DNA from: a candidate division WOR-3 bacterium
Lineage (GTDB): Bacteria > Hydrothermota > Hydrothermia > Hydrothermales > Hydrothermaceae
Direction of reading: 5' to 3'
DNA length: 61,501 nucleotides
Assembly (NCBI GenBank): GCA_965649125.1
Contig: CBFGJO010000004.1
Coordinates: 1 to 61,501, forward strand
The notes below the pieces were generated by a model. That model had not been told where the DNA came from, did not search any database, and saw nothing but the letters and a program-made list of their open reading frames with translations. Position 1 is the stretch's first letter; the number at the start of each line of letters is the position of its first letter. This document shows, one piece after another, positions 60,693-61,501 of the stretch. A program made the translations under genes and the position numbers.

Positions 60693-61264
60693 TCGGCCCG
60701 ATTTTTTTAATGCAACCCATCCCTTATCTCGGAGAAAAAATCGATGAGAACTGGGTCGCTGAACCAAAAATAGATGGATGGAGGATGGAAATAATAAGAC
60801 ATGAAAATGGTAAAGTAGAATTCTGGGGGAGAAGACTTGAAAAAAATCCTAACTGGACACATAAATTGACAAAGTTTGTTCTTTTAGTTCAAAAATTTTT
60901 ACCACCTTCTTCAATTCTTGATTCTGAAATAACCGATGAAAGAGGAAGAAGATACATCCCGAGCATATTCACAAATAAAAAGGATTCAAAACCAAAAATT
61001 TATGTTTTTGATGTAATATTTCTTGAAGGAAAAGAGATATATAAATTGCCTTTTAAAGAAAGAAGAAAAATCCTTGAAAAAATAAATTTTATACCTCCTT
61101 TTTTTATCATAGAACAATTTGAAATAAAAGATAATCTTGAAGAATTACTTAAAAAAGCAAAAGAAAATAACTGGGAAGGAATAATTTTAAAACATAAAGA
61201 TTCAATGTATGAAATAGGAAAAGGTGCACCAAAGATAGCAGAATTCTGGAAAAAGATAAAATGA
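60689..61264 (+). CDS. Minimal ATP-dependent ligase (adenylation domain only)
   Basis: Motif I EPKIDGWR, III ILDSEI, IIIa YVFDV, IV EGIILK, V WKKIK at the extreme C-terminus. Confidence 0.85.
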   Translation: MIGPIFLMQPIPYLGEKIDENWVAEPKIDGWRMEIIRHENGKVEFWGRRLEKNPNWTHKLTKFVLLVQKFLPPSSILDSEITDERGRRYIPSIFTNKKDSKPKIYVFDVIFLEGKEIYKLPFKERRKILEKINFIPPFFIIEQFEIKDNLEELLKKAKENNWEGIILKHKDSMYEIGKGAPKIAEFWKKIK

Positions 61265-61501
61265 AAGAAAAAATACTTGAAATAATAAATAAAGAAATTA
61301 TTGATGAAAAAGAGTTTAATGAATTTGCTCTGGAGGTCTTTGAATATGAATATACTAAAAATAAATTTTATAAAATTTTTTGTGATAAGAAAGGCAAAAA
61401 ACCAAAAAATGTTAAAAATTTTTATGAAATTCCACCATGCCCCCAGAGGGCATTTAAATATTATCCCCTTTATACAGAAAATATAAAACCAAAATATATA
61501 T
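61261..61501 (+). CDS. LuxE/PaaK-like acyl-protein synthetase, partial (runs off the window); not in the ORF track
   Basis: ATG overlaps the ligase stop; reads MKEKILEIINKEIIDEKEFNEFALEVFEYEYTKNKFYKIFCDKKGKKPKNVKNFYEIPPCPQRAFKYYPLY, matching the F...AL..F.Y....N..Y...C...IP..P..AFK pattern. Confidence 0.65.
   Translation, partial: MKEKILEIINKEIIDEKEFNEFALEVFEYEYTKNKFYKIFCDKKGKKPKNVKNFYEIPPCPQRAFKYYPLYTENIKPKYI

Noticed and set aside
61301-61486. 61-aa track ORF at the window end
   Set aside because: It is an alternative frame inside the LuxE-like gene that starts at 61261.

Overview
AT-rich (roughly 30% GC by eye), densely packed chromosomal segment of a diderm, probably thermophilic and peptide-fermenting bacterium. 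PorV plus several T9SS-type C-terminal-domain proteins point to an FCB-related lineage such as candidate division WOR-3 (inference only). Most of the window is housekeeping or metabolism: ispG, pntAaAbB, iorAB, rpoZ-coaBC, split fumarase, kdsB, the rpmJ-rpsMKD-rpoA-rplQ operon, purD, mltG, asnS, glyQS, etfBA, dnaB, mlaEF, hpf-hprK-rapZ, tsaB-rimI, transaldolase, HtrA, PBP1A, tRNA-Asp(GTC) and tRNA-Leu(CAG). The standout is the first 460 bp, a GC-richer secreted beta-propeller-type gene built from 156-bp tandem repeats. The copies differ mostly at coding-strand adenine sites (26 of 33 polymorphic sites by manual alignment, with NNC/NNT codons), which is the signature of diversity-generating retroelement (DGR) mutagenesis, here apparently acting on every repeat. 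The gene also has a 1-nt frameshift and a coupled 25-aa leader ORF. No reverse transcriptase or template repeat is visible in this window, so the DGR reading is a hypothesis. Other oddities are porV leading the ribosomal alpha operon, a ligase with only the adenylation domain next to an orphan degenerate NuoH and a LuxE-like gene, an ArcE-like ATPase coupled to orphan ccmC-ccmD, and a membrane-anchored 11/18-residue coiled-coil repeat protein.
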